From positions 1 to 64,000 of the IMG/VR virus record IMGVR_UViG_2917802685_000001: a stretch of DNA of 64,000 nt; one strand, 5' to 3'. Shown in pieces: positions 39,395 to 49,224 of this stretch. The position numbers and the translations under genes are program-made. This DNA comes from a virus (taxonomy: Duplodnaviria; Caudoviricetes). The stretch's first letter is position 1. Each line of letters starts with the position of its first letter. The notes under the pieces were generated by a model. That model saw nothing but the letters and a program-made list of their open reading frames with translations. It was not told the DNA's origin and did not search any database.

Positions 39395-39551
39395 GTGCCC
39401 TCCCGGCGTCCACTCGATGTTCGACTTCTGCCCCGGCGACTGCACCGAGCCCCTGGAAGACGTGGTACGCCACACCGTGGACGGCGTGGTGTACCTCTGC
39501 TACCCCGACGACCACTACTGTCCTCCCGGCTCCCTGCCACCCAAGGAGTGA
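39387..39551 (+). CDS. 54-aa Cys/His-rich hypothetical protein (not in ORF track)
   Basis: AGGAG at 39376, GTG at 39387, MAECPPGVHSMFDFCPGDC..., TGA at 39549-39551. Confidence 0.45.
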   Translation: MAECPPGVHSMFDFCPGDCTEPLEDVVRHTVDGVVYLCYPDDHYCPPGSLPPKE

Positions 39552-39560
39552 CCCAGGGAG
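39519..39560 (+). promoter_or_regulatory. Late-gene motif with RBS-occluding hairpin inside the replication operon
   Basis: TGTCC at 39519, AAGGAGTGA at 39543; CTCCCTG 39530-39536 / CAGGGAG 39554-39560. Confidence 0.6.
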
Positions 39561-39566
39561 GCACGT

Positions 39567-39713
39567 ATGCTCAAGTTCGGCACCGGCACGATTACCGCCG
39601 TCGCGAAGGACACCGAAGAGGGCCAGCTGGTCCGCACCGCCGTGGCACTCACCGAGACGGAGCGCGCGGGCATCCTCGCCGAGGGCGAGGAGACGGACAG
39701 CGAGGGGGAGTAG
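39567..39713 (+). CDS. 48-aa acidic protein (not in ORF track), probably late-expressed
   Basis: GGGAGG RBS; MLKFGTGTITAVAKDTEEGQLVRTAVALTETERAGILAEGEETDSEGE. Confidence 0.6.
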   Translation: MLKFGTGTITAVAKDTEEGQLVRTAVALTETERAGILAEGEETDSEGE

Positions 39714-39716
39714 GCG

Positions 39717-40457
39717 ATGACGGGACTGCGGATCGCGGGCCGTCCCGAGCACATCATCATCTCCACCAGCACCGCCCTGGCGCTGCGCCCCGCGCCGGTC
39801 GTCCACGACGTCAACGGCTACTACGCCAGGCTCGACGTATCGCCGACCGCGACCAAGCGGGAGATCCGCGAGGCGTACCAGGCCCTTGGCGGCCCCAATG
39901 ACGCCGAGCTGACCGAGATCTTCAAGGTGCTCATCAACCGCGAGAGCCGGGCCGCGTACGACCACAAGCAGCCCGGCAGCACCTTCGTGGACCGGGCGGT
40001 CGTGCAGGCCATTCTGCGCAAGGCAGCCGCCCAAGCCGCCCAGGAGAACGCCGAGTTCGGCACCGGAAGGACCGCCAGAGACATTATTGGAACTCTGGCT
40101 GAGGAGACCGGAAATCCGCTCCTCCAATTTCTTGCTTCGGGTTCCACCGAAGGCTTTGATGATGACGGAGACAGGGACCGCCATCCCCGATCCGACCCCC
40201 CGGCCGCATGGCCGTACTCCTACCTGCTTCTGGCCTCTACCTGCGACGACGTCGACAGGCTGGCTCGGTGGCGGGAAGGGCTCGCGCAGGCCCTGACGGG
40301 CCGTGGTTGCTCCCACTTCGCCGTGGGATTCCACGCCTTCAACGACCTGCCGTTCCTCGTGGTGCGAGACATCGGAATTCCCGTCGTCTTTCTCCACGAA
40401 GAGGCCACGGTGACCGGGGAGTTGATTACGGCAGCCTCCACCGCCGTCGTCGCATAA
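39717..40457 (+). CDS. J-domain-like protein lacking HPD
   Basis: YYARLDVSPTATKREIREAY...IFKVL...RAAYD. Confidence 0.6.
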   Translation: MTGLRIAGRPEHIIISTSTALALRPAPVVHDVNGYYARLDVSPTATKREIREAYQALGGPNDAELTEIFKVLINRESRAAYDHKQPGSTFVDRAVVQAILRKAAAQAAQENAEFGTGRTARDIIGTLAEETGNPLLQFLASGSTEGFDDDGDRDRHPRSDPPAAWPYSYLLLASTCDDVDRLARWREGLAQALTGRGCSHFAVGFHAFNDLPFLVVRDIGIPVVFLHEEATVTGELITAASTAVVA

Positions 40458-40495
40458 CTGGCTTCACCTGCCATCAAAGATCTTCAGGAGCCTTC

Positions 40496-41488
40496 GTGAC
40501 CGCCAACACGAGCCCCGTCATCAACTTCCGCCGAGGCGGCACCGCCGCCGAGCAGGCCGAGAAGGAGGCAAGCGTCTCCTCCAGCGGCCGACGCGGACCC
40601 GACTACTTCGGCCTCAAGGACGACGGCGACTCCGCAGTCGTCCGCCTCCTCACGGACCACGACGACTGGATCTGGGTCAACCAGCACTCGTTTGTGCCGA
40701 CCAAGCCGGGCCCCAAGGACGCCGAGAAGTGGCCCAAGAACATGACCTCGGTGTGCCGCTACGACAAGGCGTTCGGCGGCCACTACCAGGACTGCTACAT
40801 CGACGACTCCAAGCTGAAGAACTCCTTCGGCAAGGTCGCCACCCCGCGCCCCCGCGTCTGGGCCCTCGCCATCGAGCGGGAGATCGTGCGCGGCGACGGC
40901 AGCGAGGCCCTTGGCGGCCCGGCCAAGCAGGGTGTCGTCGTCGGCATCCGAGACAAGATCGACGAGGTCGACGAGCTGGGCCCCGACGGCAAGCCCACCG
41001 GCCTCAAGCTGAAGTACCCCCGCATCCTGGTGATCAACCAGCCCATGAAGGGCTTCTTCGCCCACTTCAAGGCCCTCCACGGCCTGTACGGGACGGTCGT
41101 AGACCGGGACTTCAGCGTCACCCGCAGCGGCACCGGCACCGACACCGAGTACAAGATCGTCCCGATCGACCCGATCACGGACCCGGCGACCGGCCAGAAC
41201 CTCATCAAGCCGGGCACCCCCATCTGGGAGAAGTACCTCCAGGCCGTCGCCGAGCGCGAGGTCAGCCTGGAAGGCATCGTCGCCGACAAGGCCAGCGACG
41301 AGTACTACGCCCGCTTCTTCGACCCGACCAAGTCGGTCGAGAAGGACGGCACCATCACCGCCGCCACGGCGGCCACCGGGGGCATGGTGAACCTCCCGGC
41401 CGACGCCGCCAGCGGCCCGGCGGACATCTCGGACGACCTGCGCAGCCGCATCGCGAACCTCGGCGTACCGCAGACTCCCGCCGCCTGA
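40496..41488 (+). CDS. Single-stranded DNA-binding protein (gp32-like)
   Basis: YFGLKDDGDSAVVRLL, DRDFSVTRSGTGTDTEY; directly upstream of the polymerase. Confidence 0.6.
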   Translation: MTANTSPVINFRRGGTAAEQAEKEASVSSSGRRGPDYFGLKDDGDSAVVRLLTDHDDWIWVNQHSFVPTKPGPKDAEKWPKNMTSVCRYDKAFGGHYQDCYIDDSKLKNSFGKVATPRPRVWALAIEREIVRGDGSEALGGPAKQGVVVGIRDKIDEVDELGPDGKPTGLKLKYPRILVINQPMKGFFAHFKALHGLYGTVVDRDFSVTRSGTGTDTEYKIVPIDPITDPATGQNLIKPGTPIWEKYLQAVAEREVSLEGIVADKASDEYYARFFDPTKSVEKDGTITAATAATGGMVNLPADAASGPADISDDLRSRIANLGVPQTPAA

Positions 41489-41614
41489 TCCAGGCGCACA
41501 CATCGCCGGTCCGTCCCGGTGCCGTCAGATACGGCGCTCAGCGTTCTGCGCTGCGTTCTTCCCCGGGACGGGCCGGACCATCTTCAGCACCCTTCACGCG
41601 CAAGGACCACCACC

Positions 41615-44600
41615 GTGCTGCGCCTCATCACCTCATACGCCCATGAGCGCTTCCCCGGCGGGACGCACCGTGTCGGCGGCCTGAACATCCACCTTCCCGC
41701 CCTCGTCGAGCACGAAGACGACGGCACCCGCTGGCTGCTCGTTCCCGCTGTCCCGCCCATCATCGTCACACCGCAGACATGGCGCCGCGCGCTGAACGGC
41801 GGCGCGGCCGGAGTCATGGAGGCGTTGCAGGACGGCGTCACTGCCGTCCCGGCGCACATGATCGAAGAGCAGGACATCGACGGCGGCAGGCTGTGCCTCG
41901 CCTACAGCCGTAACGCCATCTTCGGCGACAACGAGGGCATCCCCACCTACCACGAGGTCCTCGACCAGCTCGAAGCCAAGCAGGACCCGCCCAGGGCGGG
42001 CTCCGGGTTCGTGCACCTGCACACCCACAGCGAGTACAGCCCCCTCGACGGCCTGTCCCGCATGGACGAGATCGTCCGCGAGGTCACCTCCCACGGCCAG
42101 GACGCCGTCGCCATCACCGACCACGGCACCTGTGCCGGGCACCCCGAGCTGCAGCGCGCAGCCGACAAGGCCGGGGTCAAGCCGATCTTCGGCATCGAGG
42201 CCAACCTGTGCGACGACCGGCACCTCCGCCGGGTCGAGGACGAAGACGTCCCCGAGGACAGTCCCATGCGGAAGGTCTTCGACGACAAGGGCAACCCCGT
42301 CCCCTTCCGGCGCCAGATCCTGAACAACTACTGGCACCTGTGCCTGTTCGCCATGGACAACACCGGCCTGCGCAACATCTGGGCCGCCTCCACCGAGTCC
42401 TACCGCGACGGCTTCTACGGCCGCCCCCGCATGGACTGGGACACCCTCTCCCGCTTCAACGAGGGCGTCATCGCCTCCACCGGCTGCCTGCGCGGCCCCG
42501 TGGCCGTCGCGCTCAAGAACGGCGACGTCGAGCTGGCCGCTGCCCGCCTCACCCGCCTCATGGACCTCTTCCCGGGCCGCCTGTACGTCGAGCTGCAGCC
42601 CAACGACATGCCCGACCAGGTCCGCCTCAACCAGATCCTCGTGGAGTTCGCCCGCCAGTTCCGCCTGCCACTGCTGGCCACCGTCGACTCCCACTTCCCG
42701 ACGAAGGGCGACGCGCACTCCCACGACGTCTGGATCGCCTGCCAGACCAACAAGGACGTCCAGGACGAAGGCGACCTGTTCGCCGAGGACCTGAACCTCT
42801 ACGTCATGGGAGAGGCCGAGGTTCGCGCCGGACTCGCCTACCTCGGCGAGGACGTCGTCGAGGAGGCCATCGCCAACACCACGGCGCTGGCCGAGCGTTG
42901 CAACGCCCGCATCGAGGGTGAGACCGCGATGCCGTCCTTCACCGGCGATCCGGCCGAGGACGAGCGGCGCCTGCGCGAACTCTGCCAGAACAATTGGGAT
43001 CGCCTGCCCATGAACCAGACCGGGTTCAAGGTGCCGACCTCGCTGCAACAGGAGTATCTCGACCGCTTCCGCCGCGAGATGGATCTGCTCGTCACGAAGG
43101 GCTTCTGCGGCTACTACCTGATGGTCGCGGATTACGTCGGCTGGGCCAAGGACCACGGCATCCTCGTCGGCCCCGGGCGCGGCTCCGGCGGTGGCTCCCT
43201 CGTCGCCTACCTCGCCCGCATCACCAGCCTCGACCCGGTCAAGCATGACCTCCTCTTCGAGCGCTTCCTGACCATGGGCCGTGCCGGGTTGCCGGACTTC
43301 GACGTCGACTTCCCCGCCTCGAAGAAGGCCGAGATCCTCGGCTACCTCCGCGAGCGCTGGGGCGAGCGCAACGTCGTCTCCATCGGCTCCGAACTGCGCC
43401 TGAAGAACAAGGCCGTCATCAACGAGCTGGTCCGCGCGCTGGCCTCCTCCCTGCCGGAGAACGCCGCCGCCGACCTGCGCCAGGTCTCCGCCCTGATCGA
43501 CGAGGCCGAAGCGGGCACCGCCGGACTCGGCATGTCCTGGGAGGACCTCTGGATCCAGCACGGCGAGCAGCTCCAGCCGTTCGCCGACCGCTACCCCGAG
43601 CTGTTCGCCATGGCAGAGCGCCTGGTCGGCCGCCTGAAGTCCTACGGCCGCCACGCGGCCGGTGTGGTTATCTCCACCGGCGCCCCGCTCACCGACTGGC
43701 TGCCGATGCGCACCATCGACGGCGAAGAGCAGATGGTGACGCAGTGGGCCATGAACGACGTCGAGGCGATCGGCCTGGTCAAGTTCGACATCTTGACCTT
43801 GAGGACCTTGGACACCATCCAGGAGACCCTCGACCTGGTCCGCGAGCAGCGCCGGTACGAGATCGACCTGGAGGCGTGGGAGGTCGAGTTCGAGGATCCC
43901 CTGGTCTGGGACGAGCTGCAGGCCGCCCACACCCTCGGCGTCTTCCAGATCGAGACCCACTCCGGCACCCGCCTGTGCGAGCGCATGCGGCCCAAGAACG
44001 TCGCCGAACTTGCCGACATGGTCACCATCGTCCGGCCCGGCCCGATGAACTCCGGCCTGACCGACCTCTACTTGCGCCGCCGCGCGGGCGAGCAGGCCGT
44101 CTCCTACCCCGACCCCCGCCTGGAGCAGGTCCTGGCGCCCACCTACGGCGCGATGATCTACCAGGAGCAGGTCATGGCCGTCACCCAGCTCCTCGCCGGG
44201 TACGACGAATCCGAGGCCGACGGCGTCCGCCGCATCCTCGGCAAGAAGAAGGTCAGCGCCATCGCCGACGCCGGGCAGGAGTTCCTCTCCCGCGTCGACA
44301 TGCCCCGCGAGCAGGCCGAGCGCCTGTGGTCCCAGATGGCCGAGTTCAGCAAATACGGCTTCAACAAGTCCCACGCCTACGCGTACGCGTTCCTCGCGTT
44401 CTGGACCGCGTTCCTCAAGGTCAACTACCCCCGCGAGTTCCTCGTCGCCGCCATGTCCACCGTCGACAAGGACCGCGTCCCGGAGTTCGTGAAGGAGGCC
44501 CGGCGCCTGGACGTCGAGGTCCTCCCGCCGGACATCAACACCTCCGGTCCCGGCTTCACCGCCGACCCCGAGCTGTACGCCGTCCGCTACGGCCTCGGCT

Positions 44601-45385
44601 CCGTCAAGGGCGTCGGCGACGTCGCCGTCAAGGCCCTCGTCGAGACCCAGCCGTACGCCTCCTGGGACGACTTCGAGGAGCGCCGGAGCCCCAAGGCCAA
44701 CGCTGGAGTCGTCGCCCTCCTCGCACGCATCGGCGCCTTCGACACCCTCGTCCCCAACCGGCGCGGCCTGGAGGCCAAGCTGCTCGCCGTCAAGACCGGC
44801 GAGGACGCCCGCTGCTTCTACAAGGACGACGGCCTGCGGACCAGCCTGGAGCTGCTGCACCCGGACGCCCCGGAGGTCTGCGGGTTCGACTGGCACGCGG
44901 AGCCCGCCCGGGTCAACCAGCGCACCGGCAAGATCCTCAAGCGGAAGGCCCCGGCGAAGCGCTGCACGAAGGCGTGCCGCCAGTACGTACCCCGGCAGCC
45001 GCTGCAGATCGAGTCGGTCGAGCCCTACAGCCCGGTGGACATCCGCACCATCGAGCACGAGATGCTCGGCACCTACCTCTCCAGCACGCCGTTCGACGAT
45101 CTCGACCCGGGCGACCGCGCCGTCTGCCGGGCTCAGGCTGAGCAGCTGGCCGCCGGACCCAACGGCACGTACTACGTCGCCGCGATCGTCGCCGGAGCCC
45201 GCCCCCACAAGACGGGCGACATGGGCTTTTTGACCCTTGAGACCGAACTGTCCACCCTTCGCGTCGCAGTGTTCCGTGACGCCTGGGCCGTCGAGCAGCG
45301 CCGCTTCGTCAAGGGCGCCCTCTGCCTGGCCGAACTCCGCAAGAACGACCGGGGCTTGTCCCTCGTCGCCTACCAGCCCCTGTGA
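41615..45385 (+). CDS. dnaE: DNA polymerase III alpha subunit
   Basis: FVHLHTHSEYS..DG (PHP), GRGSGGGSLVAY, PDFDVDF, KFDIL, YGFNKSHA. Confidence 0.95.
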   Translation: MLRLITSYAHERFPGGTHRVGGLNIHLPALVEHEDDGTRWLLVPAVPPIIVTPQTWRRALNGGAAGVMEALQDGVTAVPAHMIEEQDIDGGRLCLAYSRNAIFGDNEGIPTYHEVLDQLEAKQDPPRAGSGFVHLHTHSEYSPLDGLSRMDEIVREVTSHGQDAVAITDHGTCAGHPELQRAADKAGVKPIFGIEANLCDDRHLRRVEDEDVPEDSPMRKVFDDKGNPVPFRRQILNNYWHLCLFAMDNTGLRNIWAASTESYRDGFYGRPRMDWDTLSRFNEGVIASTGCLRGPVAVALKNGDVELAAARLTRLMDLFPGRLYVELQPNDMPDQVRLNQILVEFARQFRLPLLATVDSHFPTKGDAHSHDVWIACQTNKDVQDEGDLFAEDLNLYVMGEAEVRAGLAYLGEDVVEEAIANTTALAERCNARIEGETAMPSFTGDPAEDERRLRELCQNNWDRLPMNQTGFKVPTSLQQEYLDRFRREMDLLVTKGFCGYYLMVADYVGWAKDHGILVGPGRGSGGGSLVAYLARITSLDPVKHDLLFERFLTMGRAGLPDFDVDFPASKKAEILGYLRERWGERNVVSIGSELRLKNKAVINELVRALASSLPENAAADLRQVSALIDEAEAGTAGLGMSWEDLWIQHGEQLQPFADRYPELFAMAERLVGRLKSYGRHAAGVVISTGAPLTDWLPMRTIDGEEQMVTQWAMNDVEAIGLVKFDILTLRTLDTIQETLDLVREQRRYEIDLEAWEVEFEDPLVWDELQAAHTLGVFQIETHSGTRLCERMRPKNVAELADMVTIVRPGPMNSGLTDLYLRRRAGEQAVSYPDPRLEQVLAPTYGAMIYQEQVMAVTQLLAGYDESEADGVRRILGKKKVSAIADAGQEFLSRVDMPREQAERLWSQMAEFSKYGFNKSHAYAYAFLAFWTAFLKVNYPREFLVAAMSTVDKDRVPEFVKEARRLDVEVLPPDINTSGPGFTADPELYAVRYGLGSVKGVGDVAVKALVETQPYASWDDFEERRSPKANAGVVALLARIGAFDTLVPNRRGLEAKLLAVKTGEDARCFYKDDGLRTSLELLHPDAPEVCGFDWHAEPARVNQRTGKILKRKAPAKRCTKACRQYVPRQPLQIESVEPYSPVDIRTIEHEMLGTYLSSTPFDDLDPGDRAVCRAQAEQLAAGPNGTYYVAAIVAGARPHKTGDMGFLTLETELSTLRVAVFRDAWAVEQRRFVKGALCLAELRKNDRGLSLVAYQPL

Positions 45386-45393
45386 GGCCCGCC

Positions 45394-45861
45394 ATGACCC
45401 GCACGATCGAGAACACCACCACCGAGGCCCAACACGACTGGCCCGAGAGCGTCTACATCCAGGGCGGCGAACACGGCGTCGTGTTCGGCGCGGCGGACGG
45501 CCCCTACCAGACAGCCTTCTTCGAGGCCTTCCCCGGCGGCACCTTCCTGCGCGGCGAGGGCAAGACCCTCGCCGAGGCCGAGGAGAAGTGCTGGAAGCAG
45601 TACCAGGTCTTCACCGCCTGCGACGGCACCGGCGAGCCCCACGGGCCTTTCGAGCGTCGCCAGTACACCAATGGCGCCGGATTCTGTACCCGCTGCGGCA
45701 TCTGGATGAGCCAGGTCTTCGACCCCATCCCGGACGACCCGAACCGCGAGCGTCGCCTCATCGAGCGGGTCTTCGTCGACAGAGACCCCGAGGCGATCGA
45801 GGAAGTCCTCACCACCGTGGCGGACGCCGCCAGCCTGCCCCACGCCCCCAGCGGCGACTGA
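45394..45861 (+). CDS. Hypothetical protein
   Basis: AFFEAFP..TFLRGEG; Cys/His motif. Confidence 0.6.
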   Translation: MTRTIENTTTEAQHDWPESVYIQGGEHGVVFGAADGPYQTAFFEAFPGGTFLRGEGKTLAEAEEKCWKQYQVFTACDGTGEPHGPFERRQYTNGAGFCTRCGIWMSQVFDPIPDDPNRERRLIERVFVDRDPEAIEEVLTTVADAASLPHAPSGD

Positions 45862-45877
45862 CCCCAGGAGTACCGCC

Positions 45878-46516
45878 ATGTCGATCATCTCCTCCATCAA
45901 CCACCCCTACTGGTCCCCCCTCGGCGCAGCCGCCAAGGCGACCCGCAACGGCCTGCAGATCTCCCAGGCTGCCGTCGCTCAGCACACCGGCCTCACCGTC
46001 CGTCAGTACGCGGCCCTGGAGAGCGGCTTTATCCCGCCCGATGTCGCCGACGGCCTCGGCCGCATGAGCCTCTCCCGCCTCGACGAAGCCCTCGGCTGGG
46101 ACGACGGCACCGCCCGGACCCACGTCGAGAAGGCCATGACGGCCGCCATGTTCCCGACCACCGTCGCCAGCACCTTGCCGGTCGACGGCGAGACGCTCAC
46201 CAACCTCGACCGCTCCACCTACCCGCAGGCCGCCTGGCGCCGTCTCGGCAAGGCCATCCAGGCCTCCCGCATGTCCTTCAACATGAGCCGGGGGGCTCTG
46301 GGCTACGGCGTCCAGTCCACCAGCAAGAGCATCCTGCGCATCGAAGAGGGCCGCGTGTACGGCGATCCGCGCACCGCGCCTCCTGGCGACTACCAGTCCG
46401 AGAGGTACGTCCTCAAGCGCCTGGCGCTGCTGGAGATGGCCCTGGAGTGGGAGATGGGCCAGGCCGCCCAAATCCTCGAAGGCCAGAATCGGGCCTCTGT
46501 CAGTCCTGCGGCGTAA
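45878..46516 (+). CDS. Tandem XRE-type HTH regulator (repressor candidate)
   Basis: ISQAAVAQHTGLTVRQYAALESG and MSRGALGYGVQSTSKSILRIEEG. Confidence 0.7.
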   Translation: MSIISSINHPYWSPLGAAAKATRNGLQISQAAVAQHTGLTVRQYAALESGFIPPDVADGLGRMSLSRLDEALGWDDGTARTHVEKAMTAAMFPTTVASTLPVDGETLTNLDRSTYPQAAWRRLGKAIQASRMSFNMSRGALGYGVQSTSKSILRIEEGRVYGDPRTAPPGDYQSERYVLKRLALLEMALEWEMGQAAQILEGQNRASVSPAA

Positions 46517-46591
46517 GCTGCGAAATCGAGCCAACCGCCATTGGCCACAGCTGACCGCCATCAGCTACTCCCTGCAAGGAGACCCCGCACC

Positions 46592-47719
46592 ATGCCTCCC
46601 AAGAGCCGTCTCGCCAAGCTGCGCGCGGACCTGACCAAGGTCTACGGCGACCGCGTCACCCGGCGCGACGCGATGGTCCGACCCACCTTCATATCCAGCG
46701 GCAGCCTCACCCTCGACTACGCCCTCGGTGGCGGCTTCGCCCTGAAGCGCACCCACGAGATCGTCGGTCCCGAGGGCATGGGCAAGACGACGCAGTGCAT
46801 CCTCGCCATGGTCGACGCCCAGCGGATGTTCCCCGACCGGGGTGTCGCGATCATCGACATGGAGCAGTCCTTCGACTTCGAGTGGGCCGAGAAGCTCGGC
46901 CTCGATCTCGATGAAGACCGGTTCGTCCACATCTACCCGGACCACTCCGAGGACGTTTCCGACCAGATCAGCATGTTCCTCCGAGATGGAGAAATCTCCC
47001 TCGTCGTCGTCGACTCCGTCGGCGGCATGGAGTCCAAGGCCGCCTTCGAAAAGCGCGCCGAGGACTCCGCCATGGGCAAGAACTCCCAGGTCATCTCCCG
47101 CATGGTCAAGCGCGTCGCGGGCCTGTGCCGCGCGAACAACGCGGCCGTGATCTTCGTGAACCAGTACCGGGCCGACATCGGCAACCCGCGCGGCGGCCAG
47201 AAGTCCGCCGGACCGAGCGCCCTGAAGTACAACACCACCACGAAGATCAAGATGAGCCGCACCGGTGAGCCGACGAAGAAGGTGTCCATCACCGACGCCG
47301 TCTCCAAGGCCCCGGCCGAGCTGGAAGTCGCCCGCCAGATCCGCGCCAGGGTCGAGCGCAACAAGCTCGCCGCGCAGGGCAGGGTCGCCGACTTCTGGTT
47401 CCGCAACGTCGCCACCGACAAGTACGGACCCGTCGGCATCGACCGCGCCGACGAGGCCATCACCCTCGGCATCGCCACCGGCGCCATCAAGCGCCTGTCC
47501 ACCGTGTCGTACGAGTTCCCCGACGGCAGCACCGTCAAGGGCGGACGTCCCGGCGTCGAGGCCGCCATCGCCGAGCGCCCCGAACTGGTCGAGGTGATCC
47601 GAGAGAGGGCCCTGGCCTCCATCTCCGGCGACGTCAAGGCCGACCACGAGGTCACCTACGACGACGTCCCCGACGGCGTCGACACCACCACCGGCGAGAT
47701 CCTGGAGGACGCCGCATGA
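46592..47719 (+). CDS. recA: RecA-like recombinase
   Basis: SSGSLTLDYALGGG, GPEGMGKTT, VVVDSV, IFVNQ, ALKY. Confidence 0.9.
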   Translation: MPPKSRLAKLRADLTKVYGDRVTRRDAMVRPTFISSGSLTLDYALGGGFALKRTHEIVGPEGMGKTTQCILAMVDAQRMFPDRGVAIIDMEQSFDFEWAEKLGLDLDEDRFVHIYPDHSEDVSDQISMFLRDGEISLVVVDSVGGMESKAAFEKRAEDSAMGKNSQVISRMVKRVAGLCRANNAAVIFVNQYRADIGNPRGGQKSAGPSALKYNTTTKIKMSRTGEPTKKVSITDAVSKAPAELEVARQIRARVERNKLAAQGRVADFWFRNVATDKYGPVGIDRADEAITLGIATGAIKRLSTVSYEFPDGSTVKGGRPGVEAAIAERPELVEVIRERALASISGDVKADHEVTYDDVPDGVDTTTGEILEDAA

Positions 47720-48162
47720 ACCGCCTGAAGCGCGCATGGGCCATCGCTGGAGAGCCCTGGTTCTTCTACATCGTCATGAGCTTGTGCGCCCTCGTCATCG
47801 CCTACGCCTGGTACGTGGTCGGACAGCAGGTCGACCTCAACCAGATCGGCCAGGACATCCACTACAAGCTCGGCGTCATGGCCGCCCTGACCGCCGTGGT
47901 CCTGGGCGCCTTCCTGGGCGTCACCGCCAGCCACCTCGTCCGCCGGTACGGCCCGACCAAGACCCTGCCCGTCGACCCGGACTTCCCGCCGACCCTGCCC
48001 GTCGATCCCGACTTCCCGCCGACCAAGATGGTCTACCTGCAGGGCGAAGGAGCGCCGGAGCGCTGCGCCTGCCACGACCAGGTCATCGAGGACGGCACCG
48101 AGATCTGGCACTGGCCCCAGCCCGCCAAGCTCGTCTGCGTCAAGAAGGGCGACGCCAAGTGA
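47716..48162 (+). CDS. Membrane protein with a duplicated TLPVDPDFPP segment
   Basis: Two hydrophobic helices; 30-bp tandem repeat at 47961-48020. Confidence 0.6.
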   Translation: MNRLKRAWAIAGEPWFFYIVMSLCALVIAYAWYVVGQQVDLNQIGQDIHYKLGVMAALTAVVLGAFLGVTASHLVRRYGPTKTLPVDPDFPPTLPVDPDFPPTKMVYLQGEGAPERCACHDQVIEDGTEIWHWPQPAKLVCVKKGDAK

Positions 48163-48344
48163 CCTGGCATGTCTGCGACCGCCTCCCCCCGCCGGGAGCT
48201 TGCATGACCGTCGTCACCCGCTGCGCCGGATGCGGAGTCTTCTGGAAGCGCGTCTACCGCACCGGTGAGGGATTCCGCTGGAAGCCGGTCAACGGCTTCT
48301 CGTCCTGGCGTCTGCGCCGCCGGTTTGCGGGGGTCAAGCCGTGA
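48159..48344 (+). CDS. Small Cys-containing hypothetical protein
   Basis: GTGA overlaps at both ends; HVCDRLP...CAGCG. Confidence 0.45.
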   Translation: MTWHVCDRLPPPGACMTVVTRCAGCGVFWKRVYRTGEGFRWKPVNGFSSWRLRRRFAGVKP

Positions 48345-48799
48345 CCCTCGACAAGGGCCTCAACAAGCGCATGGGTGACGCGCACGAGCAGCGGCTGGCC
48401 GAGGTGCTGGGTATGCGCCAGACCCGGGGGAGCGGCAACCAGTGGCGTGACCAGATGGACGCCAAGCACGACCGCACGGCATGCACCTTCGCCTTCGCAG
48501 TCGACGGCAAGTCCACCCTGGCCAAGTCCATCAGCATCACCCGCGCCATGTGGGAGAAGGCCGGAGAGCAAGCCAGCGGCGAACTCCCCATGCTCGCACT
48601 CCGCTTCTACAACAACGCCTCCCTGGAAGTCCACGCCGACCTGGCCGTCTGCGACCTCCTGGACTTCGCCGAGATGCGCGAGGCCGCCGAGAACTGGCAC
48701 AAGGCCAAGCCCATCCTGCAGGCCCTCGTCGAACGCCACCCGCGCTGCATCCCGGTCCTCGTGGGCCTCGCGCAGCAACTCATCAACGCTGATCAGTGA
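48341..48799 (+). CDS. PD-(D/E)XK nuclease (Hjc-like resolvase)
   Basis: GDAHEQRLA...RGSGN..D...VDGKST. Confidence 0.6.
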   Translation: MTLDKGLNKRMGDAHEQRLAEVLGMRQTRGSGNQWRDQMDAKHDRTACTFAFAVDGKSTLAKSISITRAMWEKAGEQASGELPMLALRFYNNASLEVHADLAVCDLLDFAEMREAAENWHKAKPILQALVERHPRCIPVLVGLAQQLINADQ

Positions 48800-48813
48800 A
48801 GTGAGACCTCATC

Positions 48814-49224
48814 ATGCACGGTGACCTGAACGACTACTGGAACTACATCCTCTCCGGCATCGACGTCGTCGGCCTGGTCGCCCTGCGCGCCGTCGGCAAG
48901 AAGGACGCGAAGGGCTGGCTGTGGGCGATGTTCACTCAGGCCGTCTGGATGGTGTACTCCGTCTCCACTCTCCAGTGGGGCTTCCTCGCCGTCGCGGCCG
49001 TCAAGTTCGGCGTCTACACCTGGAACTGGATCTCCTGGATCCGCAGCGATAAGGCCGAGGCCAAGCCCAAGACGCGTGAAGAGCTGGCCCTGGAGCTGGC
49101 CCGCGAGCGACTGCCGAAGGGCACCGACGAACTCACGATCCTGCGGGCCGCATCCATGCTGAGCAAGGCGCTCAAGGTAGTGGAGCTGTACCCGGAGCAG
49201 ACGAAGGTGAGACCGACGACGTGA
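48814..49224 (+). CDS. Small membrane protein (PnuC-like segment)
   Basis: Hydrophobic helices; GWLWAMFTQAVW...WNWISW. Confidence 0.5.
   Translation: MHGDLNDYWNYILSGIDVVGLVALRAVGKKDAKGWLWAMFTQAVWMVYSVSTLQWGFLAVAAVKFGVYTWNWISWIRSDKAEAKPKTREELALELARERLPKGTDELTILRAASMLSKALKVVELYPEQTKVRPTT

Noticed and set aside
41633-45208. Very long antisense ORFs (also 2871-5150, 5580-8126, 15438-17789, 20709-23534, 28658-30892, 55862-57901, 61729-63909)
   Set aside because: Shadow frames of high-GC3 sense genes; no motifs or RBS
47961-48020. 30-bp tandem repeat as a regulatory array
   Set aside because: Only two in-frame copies encoding TLPVDPDFPP; a simple coding duplication
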